From Zootoca vivipara (lineage: Eukaryota), in the NCBI RefSeq assembly GCF_963506605.1, contig NC_083278.1, positions 54,064,001 through 54,128,000 of the forward strand: a stretch of DNA of 64,000 bases, read 5' to 3'. Below, piece by piece: positions 50,365-63,186 of this stretch. Under the pieces are notes generated by a model. That model ran no database searches. It was not told the DNA's origin and saw nothing but the letters and a program-made list of their open reading frames with translations. The position numbers were made by a program, and so were the translations under genes. The stretch's first letter is position 1. The number at the start of each line of letters is the position of its first letter.

Positions 50365-51959
50365 CAGTCAGTGCTGGGTGGAATAGAAAAGGTGGAGAAT
50401 GGAATAGAATGTAGATAAGATATATCATAGCTGGAAGGCTTGAATCCTGAATGTGGTACATTTCTTTTTTTTAACCAATTACCTATTTTTTTAAATCTTT
50501 ATATTTTAACACATGTTCAGCTGCTAAGTTTTATAAACTAGAAAGCCCTGATTTGGGCCAATGTCTTGGTCTGTTCCCTGTCTTACATTCATGAAAAAGA
50601 AAACTCTGTTTTCAGGATCCATTGCCAAAAACAAAAGTTTGGGCAAGTACAACTGAGATAGGGCTGTTCAAGTAGGCTAAGACGAGGCAGAATAATTTGT
50701 TAATAGTGGTGAAGGGTTGATTTGGCAGATATGAGAAAGCTAAACGATGGGCATAGTTACGATAGTGAAAACCACAGCTAAAACCATTAATAGCTTTAGG
50801 TTGCTAGTCCCATTGTAAAAAGCCCAGGAGGCTTTAAATATTAAGAAATGCCAGTGCAACCAGGTTTTTGTCATTGGATAACAACCCCATATTTCTTTTC
50901 CAGACCACAATGTATTCTACCTGAAAATAATAGAGTGTTGATTATTATGCTGCTATGATTATTGTGTGGCATATAATTGCACAAAGCTATTTGACTCCTA
51001 CTTGTTGGTGACATAAGTGATCATTAACGTTATTTTTTTTAAAAAAAATCAAAATTACTTGATGTTTGTGTGTACCTCCTCTATAAGAGTAGTGTTTATT
51101 AGTTTTGTTTATTAGGTAGTCCTGAAAATGTACAGTTACAAAATATAAGGATTTCAATTATATTTATCATTGTGTTTGAGAAACAGCGCTTGATTTCTAA
51201 ATGTAACAGCCCTGGCAGTAAATTCTCCCTGGAAGCAATACGATGTGTCATATAACCTTTCTTTTTATGATACTATGTCTCCCCTTCTGTATGACTACAT
51301 CAAATATGTCGAACAGGTCTTGAACCTGGTTCCAGAACCAAACCTGGTGAGCCCTGGAACACATTTAATTCTGCTTAAAAGATCAGTACAGGATATATTG
51401 TTGCCCTAAAGATTAAAATTCTTCCCTTGGAGCAAATCATTGAAACTAGCTAGATCTTCCCATATGTTTATGCTCTAACTATGCTCACCGCTTTGCTCCT
51501 GTTCTCTTTAAACATTGAAAGAGCAAGCAAATGCATTTGTGTGGTACTACTGCTGTACTTGCATTCTCCCTGAAAACTGTCAGGCTAGTTTGCCAGTATT
51601 TGGGTCTTCGAAATTTGTTTCTGTGTGAAGGCTCTAATCCCTTTAAGGGTGAAAATTCAAGGTCACATAACTTTGAAGCACTTAAGAAATAAAATTACTT
51701 GTATTCAATACGAGTTAAGATTGAAAAGTATTAGAATATTACAACAATATATTAAAACAATTTAATGTTCATCATTTTGACTGAGGATTTTGTAGATTTA
51801 ATTTTTGCTTGTAGTAGATATTTACCCTTCAAAATATTTTTTTGCTTGCAGTACAAATGGTTATTTTCATGTGTTTCAGTCTTCTGTGTTCATCAAATCA
51901 AGTACTTGAACTCTCATTCTTATCTTTATTGCTCTGTAATCAGCCTTAGAAACTGAGAT

Positions 51960-52215
51960 ATGAAAGATAGGAGCTAAATATTTATGTACGCAACCACTGC
52001 AGCCAGAGTGCTGCTGGCTCAGAAATGGAAAACGCAAGACATTCCAACTGTAGAGGAATGGAGGGTAAAAATGGTAGAATATTTAGAATTGGCTAGACTG
52101 ACTGGGAGAGTAAGAGAACAAAAAGACCAGAAAGCTCAAAAAGAGCGGGAAAAATTTAGAGAATATCTGAGAGTATATGGTAAACCAGCAATAACATTGA
52201 TTGGCTTGACATAAT
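51960..52215 (+). mobile_element. L1-clade LINE ORF2 C-terminal fragment
   Basis: MYATTAARVLLAQKWKTQDIPTVEEW resembles the AR..IA..WK....P...W motif at the end of non-mammalian L1 ORF2. Confidence 0.7.
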
Positions 52216-52319
52216 ACCTACAACAGTTGAAAGAAAAAAGAAATAATGGAGAAATAAACAAAATAATGGAGAAATAAACAAAAGAAAAACGTATAGAAGC
52301 AAAAGAGAAATGAATATAG

Positions 52320-52471
52320 AAAACCAAATGCATTCCTATGGGAAACCACGATTCGCAAGACTATTTTTTCACAAAACGAATTAGTCTTGCGAGTCACCAT
52401 CAGATAGCAAGACATTTTTCGTCTTGCGAAAAATTTGTCTTGCAGGGCATTCGTCTTGCGAGGTACCACTG
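52320..52471. mobile_element. Tigger/pogo-like MITE, one end only
   Basis: Ends CGAGGTACCACTG-TA; repeated GTCTTGCGA motifs; other TIR not found. Confidence 0.75.
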
Positions 52472-52473
52472 TA

Positions 52474-52789
52474 TCTCAAGGGCTGTCACATAGAAGATGA
52501 AGCAAACTTGTTTTCTCCTGTTCCAGAGGGTAGGACCTGAACCAATGGCTTCAAGTTACAAGAAAGGAGATTCCAACTAAAAATCAGGAAGACCTTTCTG
52601 ACAGTAAGAGCTGTTGGACAGTGGAACAGTCTCCCTCAAGAGGTTGTGGACTCTCCTTTCTTTGATGGTTTTTAAGCAGAGGTTGGATGGCCATCTGTCA
52701 TGGATGCTTTAGCTGAGATTCATGCATTGTAGGGGGTTGAACTAGATGACCCTATGGGTCCCTTCCAGCTCTACAATTCTATGATTCTA
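52474..52789 (+). mobile_element. CR1 LINE 3' fragment
   Basis: AAGGGCTGTCACATAGAAG...CAGTGGAACAGTCTCCCT...ATTCTATGATTCTA tail. Confidence 0.92.
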
Positions 52790-53057
52790 AGCATACATTT
52801 TGTTTTCAAGTACTACTCACTCTTTCCCTCTCTGTCTCAAGTTTAAAGAATTCAGAATGGTGGTAGAAAATAGAGAGCTGAGAAGCTATTAAAAACAAAG
52901 CGGCACTAATATCTTATAGTTAATTTCATAGGTTTAAGATAGAAGGCCTGTGCCTTTAACAATGTTTTATGAATTAACCGAGCACTGAAGTATGTTGGCG
53001 TGAATTAATAAGCTATTCTATTTGTGTCTCTGTATTTAAGTGAAGTTTCTTGAATGG

Positions 53058-53085
53058 TGTGTGTGTGAGAGAGAGAGAGAGAAAG

Positions 53086-53116
<31 letters not shown>

Positions 53117-53149
53117 GAAAGAAAGAGAAAGGGGGGAGGGAGGGAGGGA
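53058..53149. repeat. (GT)n(GA)n(GAAA)n compound microsatellite
   Basis: Direct read. Confidence 0.9.
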
Positions 53150-53206
53150 AATAATTGAAAATAAATGTCTTGAAAAGACCTATGAAGCCATGTTTATACC
53201 AACATT

Positions 53207-53252
53207 GCTCAGTCGGTAGAGCATGGGACTCTTAATTTCAGGGTCATGGGTT
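53207..53252 (+). pseudogene. tRNA-Lys(CTT)-derived fragment (pseudogene or SINE head)
   Basis: GCTCAGTCGGTAGAGCATGGGACTCTTAATTTCAGGGTCATGGGTT matches the D and anticodon arms of vertebrate tRNA-Lys-CTT; no acceptor stem. Confidence 0.8.
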
Positions 53253-54147
53253 GGAAACATGGGAAACTCAGAGAAATAAAAAAAATGTCAGATTTGTTCA
53301 TCCCTAAGAGCAGAAGTGAGGAAGCACTGGCCACCCAGATGTGGATTTTTAGTTCAACAGAAACATCTGGAGGGCCAAATGTTCCTCACCCCAGGTCAAG
53401 GACATTAACAGCATCAAGTTCTTAAAAACTCTTCTCCCCAAGCTGTACACAGACGTATATCAACACCAAGTTGATTTTCTGTGTGAATGGGTAGTAAAGT
53501 ATCTGAATATTTTAAATAAACAAATTGACATTAATCATCCTGGACCAAATCAAATGTTTTGATTTTCATTTGAAATTGCTAGACCCTATAGCCCATTCTA
53601 AGTGTTGTTCCATTGTAAAGGTAAGTAATTCAATGCTATACGGGCCACTCCACTCATCCATTCCTTTCACTCCTCACTGTTTTCCTGTCACTCAGCATCC
53701 ACTCCACATACACCTGGACCCTTATTCTGAACAAATAATAAATGCTGCTTCAGGCACTGACCTTGTTTCTTGCTATTGGTTCCCGTGGTTCTATGATTGA
53801 TAGTGCTACTGTAGATTTGAGAAATTCCTTAAGTGACAGTCCTGAAACCCATTCTCCGGTGGCCAGTTGTGATTTCTTATTGTTTAGTGGAACACCTCTG
53901 AAGCATGTCCCTTCAGGAAGGTACTCAACTATGTCAACATTATAGTTATATGACTGCAGTTGAACTTGCATTAAATTTGCAGAATATTAATGATACAGAG
54001 AATATAGAGAAATAATGATAGTGATAAGAATGTGGCAAATGATATACTTGCCATCTCATTACAAGGAACCACAGTCAATTCTGCTGTTTGATAATACAAT
54101 ATAATTGTTGCATCCATATTCACTCACTTTTATATTGCGCTTGAATA

Positions 54148-54149
<2 letters not shown>

Positions 54150-54197
<48 letters not shown>
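54150..54197. repeat. (CA)n microsatellite
   Basis: Direct read. Confidence 0.95.
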
Positions 54198-54788
54198 CCT
54201 GCTATATCAAATATTATCTCTCTCCTTAATTTCTTACAAATGGATCGATTTGGGATCATAATAGTAATAATCACAAAACACAAACCAGGTTTCTGGTTAT
54301 AATGGAAGATTCTTGTCAAACCTAACTGATGAGAATTGTAATCAAGGGAAGTTCAGCTTGTTTAATGACAGTGGGATATACTTTCTGTGTGGGAAGATTA
54401 ATTTCTAAAATTGCATTTTTTCCATAAAATTAATTGACAACCTACTGAACCTATATAGTAGCACATCAACTTTCCTTTTGTTTTCATTTCCACCCTTGCA
54501 GTTAAGCAATATAAGGGAAATGTATGCTATTGAGTTTATTATTTAATAAGTTGTTATTGCAATGTATACCTGGCCTTTGTGCCCATAGCACTCAAGGCAG
54601 CTAATGATACATTGAAAATACAATAAAAGTAAAAGAACAAAAATACCAGTAGGTAAAAAACAATGTGAAGGCCAAATCAGGATACAGGAGATGTGTATCC
54701 ACCTCTGCTCATCTTAAGGTTTTGCATGCCAGAGTTTAAGCCTCTTTCTTCACTAGCTCTGAAAAGAATGATCACTGCAATACAGAAG

Positions 54789-54789
<1 letters not shown>

Positions 54790-54825
<36 letters not shown>

Positions 54826-54828
54826 TAT
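54790..54828. repeat. (TAT)n microsatellite, probably the tail of a minus-strand L2 stub
   Basis: Direct read; followed by GAACTCAAGGCAGCTTAC. Confidence 0.9.
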
Positions 54829-56142
54829 CATTAAATATTTATACTGTGCCTTTTCCCTGACAGGAACTCAAGGCAGCTTACTGATAAAAATAAGAACAAC
54901 TAAAACATAAGTGGAAAACCCCAATCATTAAAAAAAACTATCAAACATTGATAGATTAATTCTGTCTATAATCTATTAAACCATACAGTCAGTTCCCAAA
55001 AGTCTATGAAACAAGAAAGTCTTCACCTGCCAACAGAGGTGGGCTACATTCATCCTGTAGTCCAAATACAGCTACCAAGGTACTTATGCTAGATAAGGAT
55101 AGTTTCAACCTTCTTTTTAACTCTCTCAAAAAATAAAAGTTAGATTTATTTCTGTTGCTCACAGCTTTGGAGATAAGCCTGAAGACTGGAGGGCACTGTG
55201 CTCACAAGTGATTGCAACCAGCAGGCAAATAACAGAGAATTCCACATTTATACATTTAGAATTTTGTGTGGAGGTAGATTCTGATTTAGATTCATGGGCA
55301 ATGGCAATTTCAGGACCCTTCATCACCCCAGCTCACTGTTAGACTGAGGACATTTCAAACAACATACTTGAGGCAGAATATATTGCAAGGCAGGGAAAGT
55401 CTATGGTACTGTATGCACTATTGAGAGGAGGTGGGGTCCATCTACTGTATACTGTTGACTGAAGGAAGGTGGAGATATCGGTAACTTAGGGAGACAGTGT
55501 ATGAGGAAAATGGCACAGTTCCCCAAGAGGAGTGAGTCTTGGCATACTAAAGACAGCCTCGAACCAGGAGCTTCTGCCAGGGAAGTGACCTTTTGCACAA
55601 AGCTTACTGATATTACAAAAGTAACAGAAATTTAAGGCATCTCTGAAATTCTGGCCACATGTGTCTTGCTGGATATGTTATCATAACTGACAGTGCTTTT
55701 AAAAATATAGTAGTTTTAAGAATGTGTCTTTTCAGTACATCAGTCAATACAGATTAAGCAAAAGTGACTGTGCAGTAAATAAAATAAGATATCAGTAGGT
55801 CTTAAAGTTCAAGCTTCTTCCATAACATTTTATATAATTTGAGCTGCAATAATAATTGCCAGCCTTTTTTTTTTTACAGGGACAAGAAGTCTCTGAGGTT
55901 TGCTTGTGACTTAGTTTGTGTATACACACACAGAGAGGGGGGGGGGGCTATAAATAAATAGCATTTTTATTTTATATTCTATTTCCAACTTTCAGAGAAG
56001 AGTGCCAAAACAGCTATAACCACACACAAACAGGATATACTAGGAAGCTTCGGAAAACAACAAGGTTTCCAAGAAGTACAAAACAATAATAGGAAGAAAC
56101 AGCCCAGTAAGGACTGAGCATGCTTGGTGAGCATGGAATACT

Positions 56143-56980
56143 TGCGCGACGAAGCTCCCAGAAATCCCAAATAACTCACAACTGACACAATATTTTAGGT
56201 TTGGGTTTTTGGCATTATTTTGGCCACAACTTTATTCAAAATACATTTTAATTCTGAGTGTTGGCTTAGGCTTTGGTTAATCCATCTGTCCACTCTAAGG
56301 GACAGGACCATTTCCATCTGACCATGTTGGGTCAGGGCCATTCAATCTGCCCGGGTTGGGCAGGACCAATTCCATCTGACCCATTTGGATCAGGACCATT
56401 TCCATCTGACCCCCTTTTGGGTCAGGACCAGGGATTGGAAGTACTGTTCACAGGCACTCTCCTCTACCAAGGAATATTCCCCAAGGCTCGGCTCTGTAAT
56501 GGCCGCACCATCCTTGCCTATGACAGGATGAATGGACTAGAGTCCCTGAGCCCCAGGATTCCTTTAACAGAATACTTCTATAAGGAGCAAGTTAGGGGTG
56601 TAGGCATTTTTATGCCATGCCCCTCCTATACCAATTTTTAACCAAAGCCTAACGGCCAACCTAACAAGTTGTGGCAATTTGCTAAGCAGTAGGCAAAAAC
56701 CAAATGGCAACAGCCAATCAGCCAAGTGGCAAAATTCCTACTGGGCCCCTGAATACAGGCGACCCCTGAAAAGGCGAAGCAATGTCAACTAAAGCCTATA
56801 ACGGCGGCGGGCGGGTGGGAGATTCGAAGGCTTTCCGAGAGTGAGGCTAAAACGAAAGCAACTGGGCATTAAGTAAAATGCTGCTGTCAATCAAACCTGC
56901 AGCACGCCTCATGACTCAGCCTAACTACTGCCCACCCCCTCCCAGATTTCTTTCGAGCTCGTCCGCAACCCCCACTACGC
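56143..56980 (-). mobile_element. Unclassified CpG-retaining element, possibly DIRS/Ngaro- or LTR-like
   Basis: Minus-strand AATAAAGTTGTGGCC near one end shared with the 12.3-kb copy; internal 30-bp tandem units; 15-bp inverted repeat. Confidence 0.45.
56303..56430. repeat. About 30-bp minisatellite, four units (CAGGACCATTTCCATCTGACCC...GGGT)
   Basis: Four degenerate units read directly. Confidence 0.8.
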
Positions 56981-59261
56981 TCTATGGAGCATAATGGGCT
57001 TTATTGACTATTGTGGGGTGGGGTGAGCAATCAGAAAACAGGATGGGAGGTGGAATAGAATGGAGTGGCTGGAAAACAGACATAGATATAATGATAGATG
57101 CAGCCATCTCATTGGACAGGTCAGCCTGTGGTTCACATTGAGAAGCTATTGTTAAATGAGAGCTTTCTATAGAATTCAGTTGAGAAATCCAAGATTTTAA
57201 TGAAGCCATGAATAGGAACAAGTAGGTATGCTCCATCCCCCCTCCCACACACCCATCCTCAAGCTAGCACAAAATAAAGCTCTTGGTGTAAAACGTTTTA
57301 GAAAAATAAATAGCCCTGCTAATGCAAATTCCAAAGCAAATGAAATTAACTACGGTATCTCATGTTGGAAAGGTTTGTGGTTGTAAGAGAGAATGATTTA
57401 GAACAGCCCTGCAATGTAGTTTACAATATCACATATCAAGTTCTGAGGGTTTTACAACAATCCTGCAGTTTTGTCTCGGTGGTTGGATTAAAGCTGAGAG
57501 AGCAGCTGGATTTTATCCCCACATTGTGGGTTAGATTGAGAGTACAAGACAAGAATCCTGTAGGTCATGTTATGGCTATAAATCATTGCAGTTTGGAAGA
57601 TTGGGCTTGAGAAAGGGGAAGTGGGAGAGGGAGCACTGCAGTGTAGTCCATTATCAATATTGGGTCTCAGATCTGTTAGGATTTCCAGTCAAAAACCCTC
57701 CATACCCTTTAGGTTGCACCAAAGGTCAGTCTACTTAAATTGCCTCCTCAGACCTGCCACCCAGGCCAAAACAAACACACAGTTGCACGCAGAAGCTTCA
57801 TGCTCCATTTGTTTGCATGCAGACTTGGGGCATTTTTCAATGTTCAAAAGCTAGCTAAATAAGCATGAGAAAAGACCCAAGCTACATCAGGGACAACTGT
57901 TTTTTATAGTGCTAACATCTGTTTTCAATACTATTACATGTATTTAAAACACATAAATGCTCACGCATGTGTGCATATACAAGGATACCCTGCGACTTTT
58001 TATTATGGGGGCCTGCTTGTTAAAATAATGTGGCATTGTACAACCACTGGTGTGACAGTATTAGGGAGGATGTCAGTTCATTGATAAGGCTCTTAATACA
58101 ACCAATGTTTTTATCTGAGTTTTAAAATATTGGCTTTATATGGCAGATTGCATGTGATACAATATTATTTTTACCTCTCTTACATTCGTCTTGGTTCTCC
58201 ATTCATAATTGTTTTACTAGGGCTGCTGTTTTCCATTCAATGTAATGAAAAGAAAGTGCATGCATACAAACATGAAGTGCATAGAGCTAAAGGAGGGGCT
58301 CTTCTAGACTTCTGTAAAGTGTAGATCAATCATCTCGCAGATAAGTACTGGCCACTGTTCCAATAAGTGCTACTTGTTAGCCAGCAAAGCACTTGAAAAG
58401 TTAGAATGAGAGCAAACAGAAGCATTTGTGAAAAAGCATAACATGTTTAGACATGTTCACTCTTTGAGGTTCCGTGTCCTTTTGACCAAGATTCAAGAAT
58501 AGTAAATGCACCAAAAGTTAAAGCGTATTCATTTTTCTCTAAACACTATGCACTGAATGCAGCATAATTGTAGGGGACATTCTACAAGAGGTTTCTGAAA
58601 AGGCTTTCAATGCGTATTCTTTAAAATTCTCCCAGGCACTAGATTTCCATTGCCTGTCTGATAATCTTTGATTAAAGAATTACATTTGTTGATGTTAATA
58701 TTTATTTTAGCAGGTGAGGGATTTATGGCACTGAGAAAAGACCAAGGAAAACCTGTCTGTTTGAAAGTTCGTGTAAATGAACAAAGTGGTTCTATTTGTT
58801 ACACCATCAACAACTTCATTTCTATACTTAGCTCTTACTTGGCAGCAACACTTGTTCAACCTTTGAACTTTTTACTTAGTGCTGCATGGGCAATTTATTT
58901 AGATTGCCCAATAACAAAATACTTTCCAAATACTTAACAAAGTGTAATTAAATATATTGTCTTGAACACATTTACTCTTTAAAGCTTTTTTTATGTGTTG
59001 GAATCCAGCAGAATTCTTTGAGCTCATTTCCATAAAGTTTGTGGCCTGTATTATTGCTCCTGTTTGTCTAGAACTGGTGAACCATCTTGGTCTGCAAGTG
59101 TTTCTCATATGTTCAGACTCTTTTGCAAAACGAGTGCCCATAGGTCGAGGGTGGCTGCCCCTGTAATATGCAGGTTTATATGCATGTCTGCAATGTGGCT
59201 GTGTGGGGGTCAGAGCCTGCAGCCCTCACTCTGCACACATATATTGAACACATGGAGGAGA

Positions 59262-61410
59262 GCCGGATGTTCTCTTCGAGACACCTAGTTTGGTGGTCCT
59301 AGGGGATTTTAACATCCACGCCAACACGACCTTACAATGGGCCGCTCGGGACTTTGTGGAAAGCATGGCCCCCATGGGGCTGGCCCTGAATAAGTCTGGC
59401 CCAACTCATAGCTGTGGACATGCCTTGGACCTGGTGTTCACCTCTATGGGTGTTGGTGATCTGACATTAAGTAAAAGCGAAACTAAAGAGGTGCTATGGT
59501 CAGATCACTTCCTGGTGCAACTGGACTTCTCCGCGACCCTTCCCCTCTGCAGGGAGGTGGGACCGATTCGGATGGTCTGCCCCCACCACTTAATGGATCC
59601 AAATGGTTTCCAGAGAGTGGTAGGGGATGCTTTATCCCATGTTGATGGCCTTTCAGCTGATTCCCTGGTAGCCCGCTAGAATATGGAGTTAATCAGGGCT
59701 ATTGACTGTTTGGCTCCAAAGCGCCCTCTCCAATTGCATGGAGCCCGGACAGCCCCATGGTTTTCCATGGATCTGAAGGCAATTAAGCAATCGCTGAGAT
59801 GGCTAGAGCACCAGTGGCAGATAACTAATTCTGAATCTGACCGGACACGGGTTAGAGCTCAATGTCAAGCCTACCAAGTGGCGATAGTGATGACGAAGAA
59901 GACCTTATTCACCGCCTCTATTATATCTGCAGAAAACAGCAGCAGGAGACTCTTTTAGGTGGTTCACAATTTAGCGGAACCACCTGCTCCATCGGGGCCC
60001 TCTATGAGCCACATGATCTCCTGCAATGATTTTGCAGGGTTTTTTTTGCAGATAAAGTCGCTCAGATTCGGAAAGAGGTAGACTCCACTGTGGGAGCAGG
60101 GCTGGGGGTGAGAGAGTGCTAGGGTCCTGTCTAGTCAAGTTGTGTGGGATGAATTCCAATCTGTTACCTCTGAGGATGTGGACAGGCTGCTTGGACGAGA
60201 GAAACCAACCACCTGTCTCCTTGATCCTTGCCCATCCTGGCTTATAAAAGCTAGCTGGGAAGGGCTGGGTGATGGGCTTTGCAGGGTGGTAAATTCTTCT
60301 CTCTGTGAGGCGACAAAGAGGCGGTTATCAAACCGCTTCTTAAAAAAACATCTTTAGACCTAGCCAATATGGCCAACTATCACTCAGTCTCAAATCTGCT
60401 ATTCTTGGGCAAGGTGATTGAGCGAGTGGTTGCTGAATGAGTGTTCAGACCCCTGGGCCCTCACTTGTGGTGTACCTCAGGGTTCTGTCTCTCCCCCATG
60501 CTTTTTAACATCTACATGAAGCCACTGGGAGAGATCATCAGGGGGTTTGGGCTGGGTGTTCATCAGTATGCAGATGACACCCAGCTCTACCTCTCTTTTA
60601 AATCAGAACCAGTGAAGGCAGTGAAGGTCCTGTGTGAGTGTCTGGAGGCAGTTAGAGGATGGATGGTGGCTAATGGATTGAGGTTGAATCCTGACAAGAT
60701 AGAAGTACTGTTTTGGGGTGACAGGGGGCGGGCTGGTGTGGAGGACTCCCTGGTCCTGAATGGGGTAACTGTGCCCCTGAAGGACCAGGTATGCAGCCTG
60801 GGAGTCATTTTGGGCTCACAGCTGTCCATGGAGGCGCAGGTCAATTCTGTATCCAGGGCAGCTATCTACCAGCTCCATCTGGTATGCAGGCTGAGACCCT
60901 ACCTGCCTGTGGACTGTCTCATCAGAGTGGTGCATGCTCTAGGTATCTCCCACTTGGACTACTGCATGCAATGTGCTCTACGTGGGGCTACCTTTGAAGG
61001 TGACCCGGAAACTACAACTAATTCAGAATGTGGCAGCTAGACTGGTGCCTGGGGGTGGCCGCCAAGACCATATCACACTGGTCCTGAAAGACCTACATTG
61101 GCTCCCAGTATGTTTCCGAGAACAATTCAGAGTGTTGGTGTTGACCTTTAAAGCCCTAAGCGGCCTCGGCCCAGTATATCTGAAGTAGCCTCTCCACCCC
61201 CATCATTCTGTCCAGACACTGAGGTCCAGCACCGAGGGCCTTTTGGCAGTTCCCTCACTGTGAGAAGCAAAACTACAGGGAAGCAGGCAGAGTGGCGCCC
61301 GCCCTGTGGAACACCCTCCCATCAGATGTCAAAGAGATAAACAACTACCTGACATTTAGAAGACATCTGAGGGCAGCCCTGGTCAGGGAAGTTTTTAATG
61401 TGTGACATTT
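59262..61410 (+). mobile_element. L2 LINE ORF2 pseudogene (endonuclease and RT) with stops, frameshifts and an internal deletion
   Basis: VVLGDFNIH, SDHFLV, LSPMLFNIYM, QYADDTQLY, LRLNPDK, LHWLPV motifs; RT segment missing at about 60440. Confidence 0.95.
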
Positions 61411-61411
61411 T

Positions 61412-61453
<42 letters not shown>

Positions 61454-61861
61454 TAATTTATTATTTATACCCCGCCCATCTGGCCGGGTTCCCCCAGCCA
61501 CTCTGGGCGGCTTCCAACAAAACAGAAATTCTAAAACACAGAAATCCATCAAACATTAAAATACAGAGATCCATCAAACATTAAAAGCTTCCCTAAACAG
61601 GGCTGCCTTGAGATGCCTTCTAAAGGTCTGGTAGTTGTTGTTCTCTTTGACCTCTAGTGGGAGGGCATTCCACAGGGTGGGAGCCACTACCGAGAAGGCC
61701 CTCTGCCTGGTTCCCTGTAACTTGGCTTCTCGTAGTGAGGGAACCGCCAGAAGGCCCCCGGAGCTGGACCTCAGTGTCCGGGCAGAACGATGGGGGTGGA
61801 GACGCTCCTTCAGGTATACCGGACCGAGGCCGTTTAGGGCTTTAAAGGTCAACACCAACAC
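61412..61861 (-). mobile_element. Younger L2 3' fragment inserted antisense in the 3' UTR of the preceding L2
   Basis: Open VLVLTFKALNGLGPVYLKERL...WNALP frame; tail read as (AAT)n at 61413-61451. Confidence 0.9.
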
Positions 61862-61940
61862 ATTGTTGGAAGCCACCAAGAGTGGCTGGGGAAACCCAAC
61901 CAGATGGGCGGGGTACAAATAAAGTATTATTATTATTATT
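61862..61940 (+). mobile_element. Displaced 3' end of the plus-strand L2
   Basis: TGTTGGAAGCCACCAAGAGTGGCTGGGG...AATAAAG followed by (TAT)n. Confidence 0.8.
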
Positions 61941-62840
61941 TCTGCTAAATATGTTTAGGTTATGAGTTCTCCCTACAGTGCACAGATTAGGGTGAAATGG
62001 TCTTCTGGAGTCACAGTTGTGTGATTTTGTTTTGAAGTCCTCTTTTTACACATACCTTGTTTGGATTGCATCATTTCCCTCCCACTCCTCCTTAGCAATA
62101 ATTATGGTTTATCATAATTGTTGCAGACATAAGCACAGTTACTGTTGATCATAGTTTGCACTCATTTTCTTCTCTGATTTGATAGGAAACCAGGGTTAAT
62201 GGTAACCATAGTTACACTGTTCAGATATCATGGTGAACCATATGATTCCTAACAAGAAATGGGAGAGTGGAGAAAAGACGTCTGTGAGCCACCAGGGCAA
62301 TGCCAATTGCCAGTCTAAAGGTTAGCAATATCTGAGCACAATGTCTGAACCGTGACACTATAGTTAACACATACAAACCTTTATGGAAAGTAAACTCCAC
62401 ATGGGTTAGCAAATGACATCTATCCCAGAAGCAAACAGAAAGAATATCCAGAACAACAGGCCTGCACATTTCTGTACTAAATAACAATAAACTGCATCAT
62501 AGTAAAAGACCTTTTCATTAGGATTGCTTTCATTCCTTTCATGTAATGCATAATGAAAGTGTTGCTATTCATAATAACTCCTTAGGAAACTATTTGCTGC
62601 AATGAGCAAATTATTCAATGAATATCAGCTTCATTTTTTAAGTTATCCATGCACAGCTTTGCTACTATTTGTGAATTTGTTAGTAGTTTAATATTGTTCA
62701 ACAAATGCATACTGGAAATAGATTTGGGCATGTGAAATCTGTTGTTGTTGTTGTTGTTGTTTAAAAAGTCTCCAGCGGCCCTGGCTTTAAGTAGCTATTA
62801 TTTCCGCCTTGTAATTAGCCCTCTATAGCTTGGTCCTAAG

Positions 62841-62967
62841 CAGGGCTTTTTTTTTTCAGCAAGAACTCACTGGATCTCGGTTCTGGCGCCTCTCAGGTGG
62901 GCGCCATTGCTACTCTAAGAGAACAATGGTGAGTTCCAGGACCTCTTTTTCTAGAAAAATGGCACCG
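62841..62967. mobile_element. hAT MITE (CAGGGCTTTTTT-ended)
   Basis: Degenerate TIR; 8-bp TSD GTCCTAAG/GTCCCAAG. Confidence 0.7.
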
Positions 62968-63186
62968 GTCCCAAGATTAACTGAGCTAGGAAAGCCATTT
63001 GTAGGATGAGGAAGTCCAGGTTGGTATGTTGTTATGAAGGGTAGTACTACACCAGTATAATATCGTTATGCCAGTATTTCAAGCAAACATGTTAACATGC
63101 ATAGCTAAGAAGGTTGTGTAAGCTCCATGGTACTGAGAATAACATAAGAACTGTCAAGTACAGTCAGAGCACTGATCCCTCTGGTT

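Noticed and set aside
53207-53260. Functional tRNA-Lys gene
   Set aside because: No acceptor stem, mismatched anticodon stem, incomplete T arm.
56303-56430. CRISPR-like or ribozyme-like array
   Set aside because: Variable parts are only about 5-8 nt and no CUGANGA/GAAA core is present; treated as a minisatellite.
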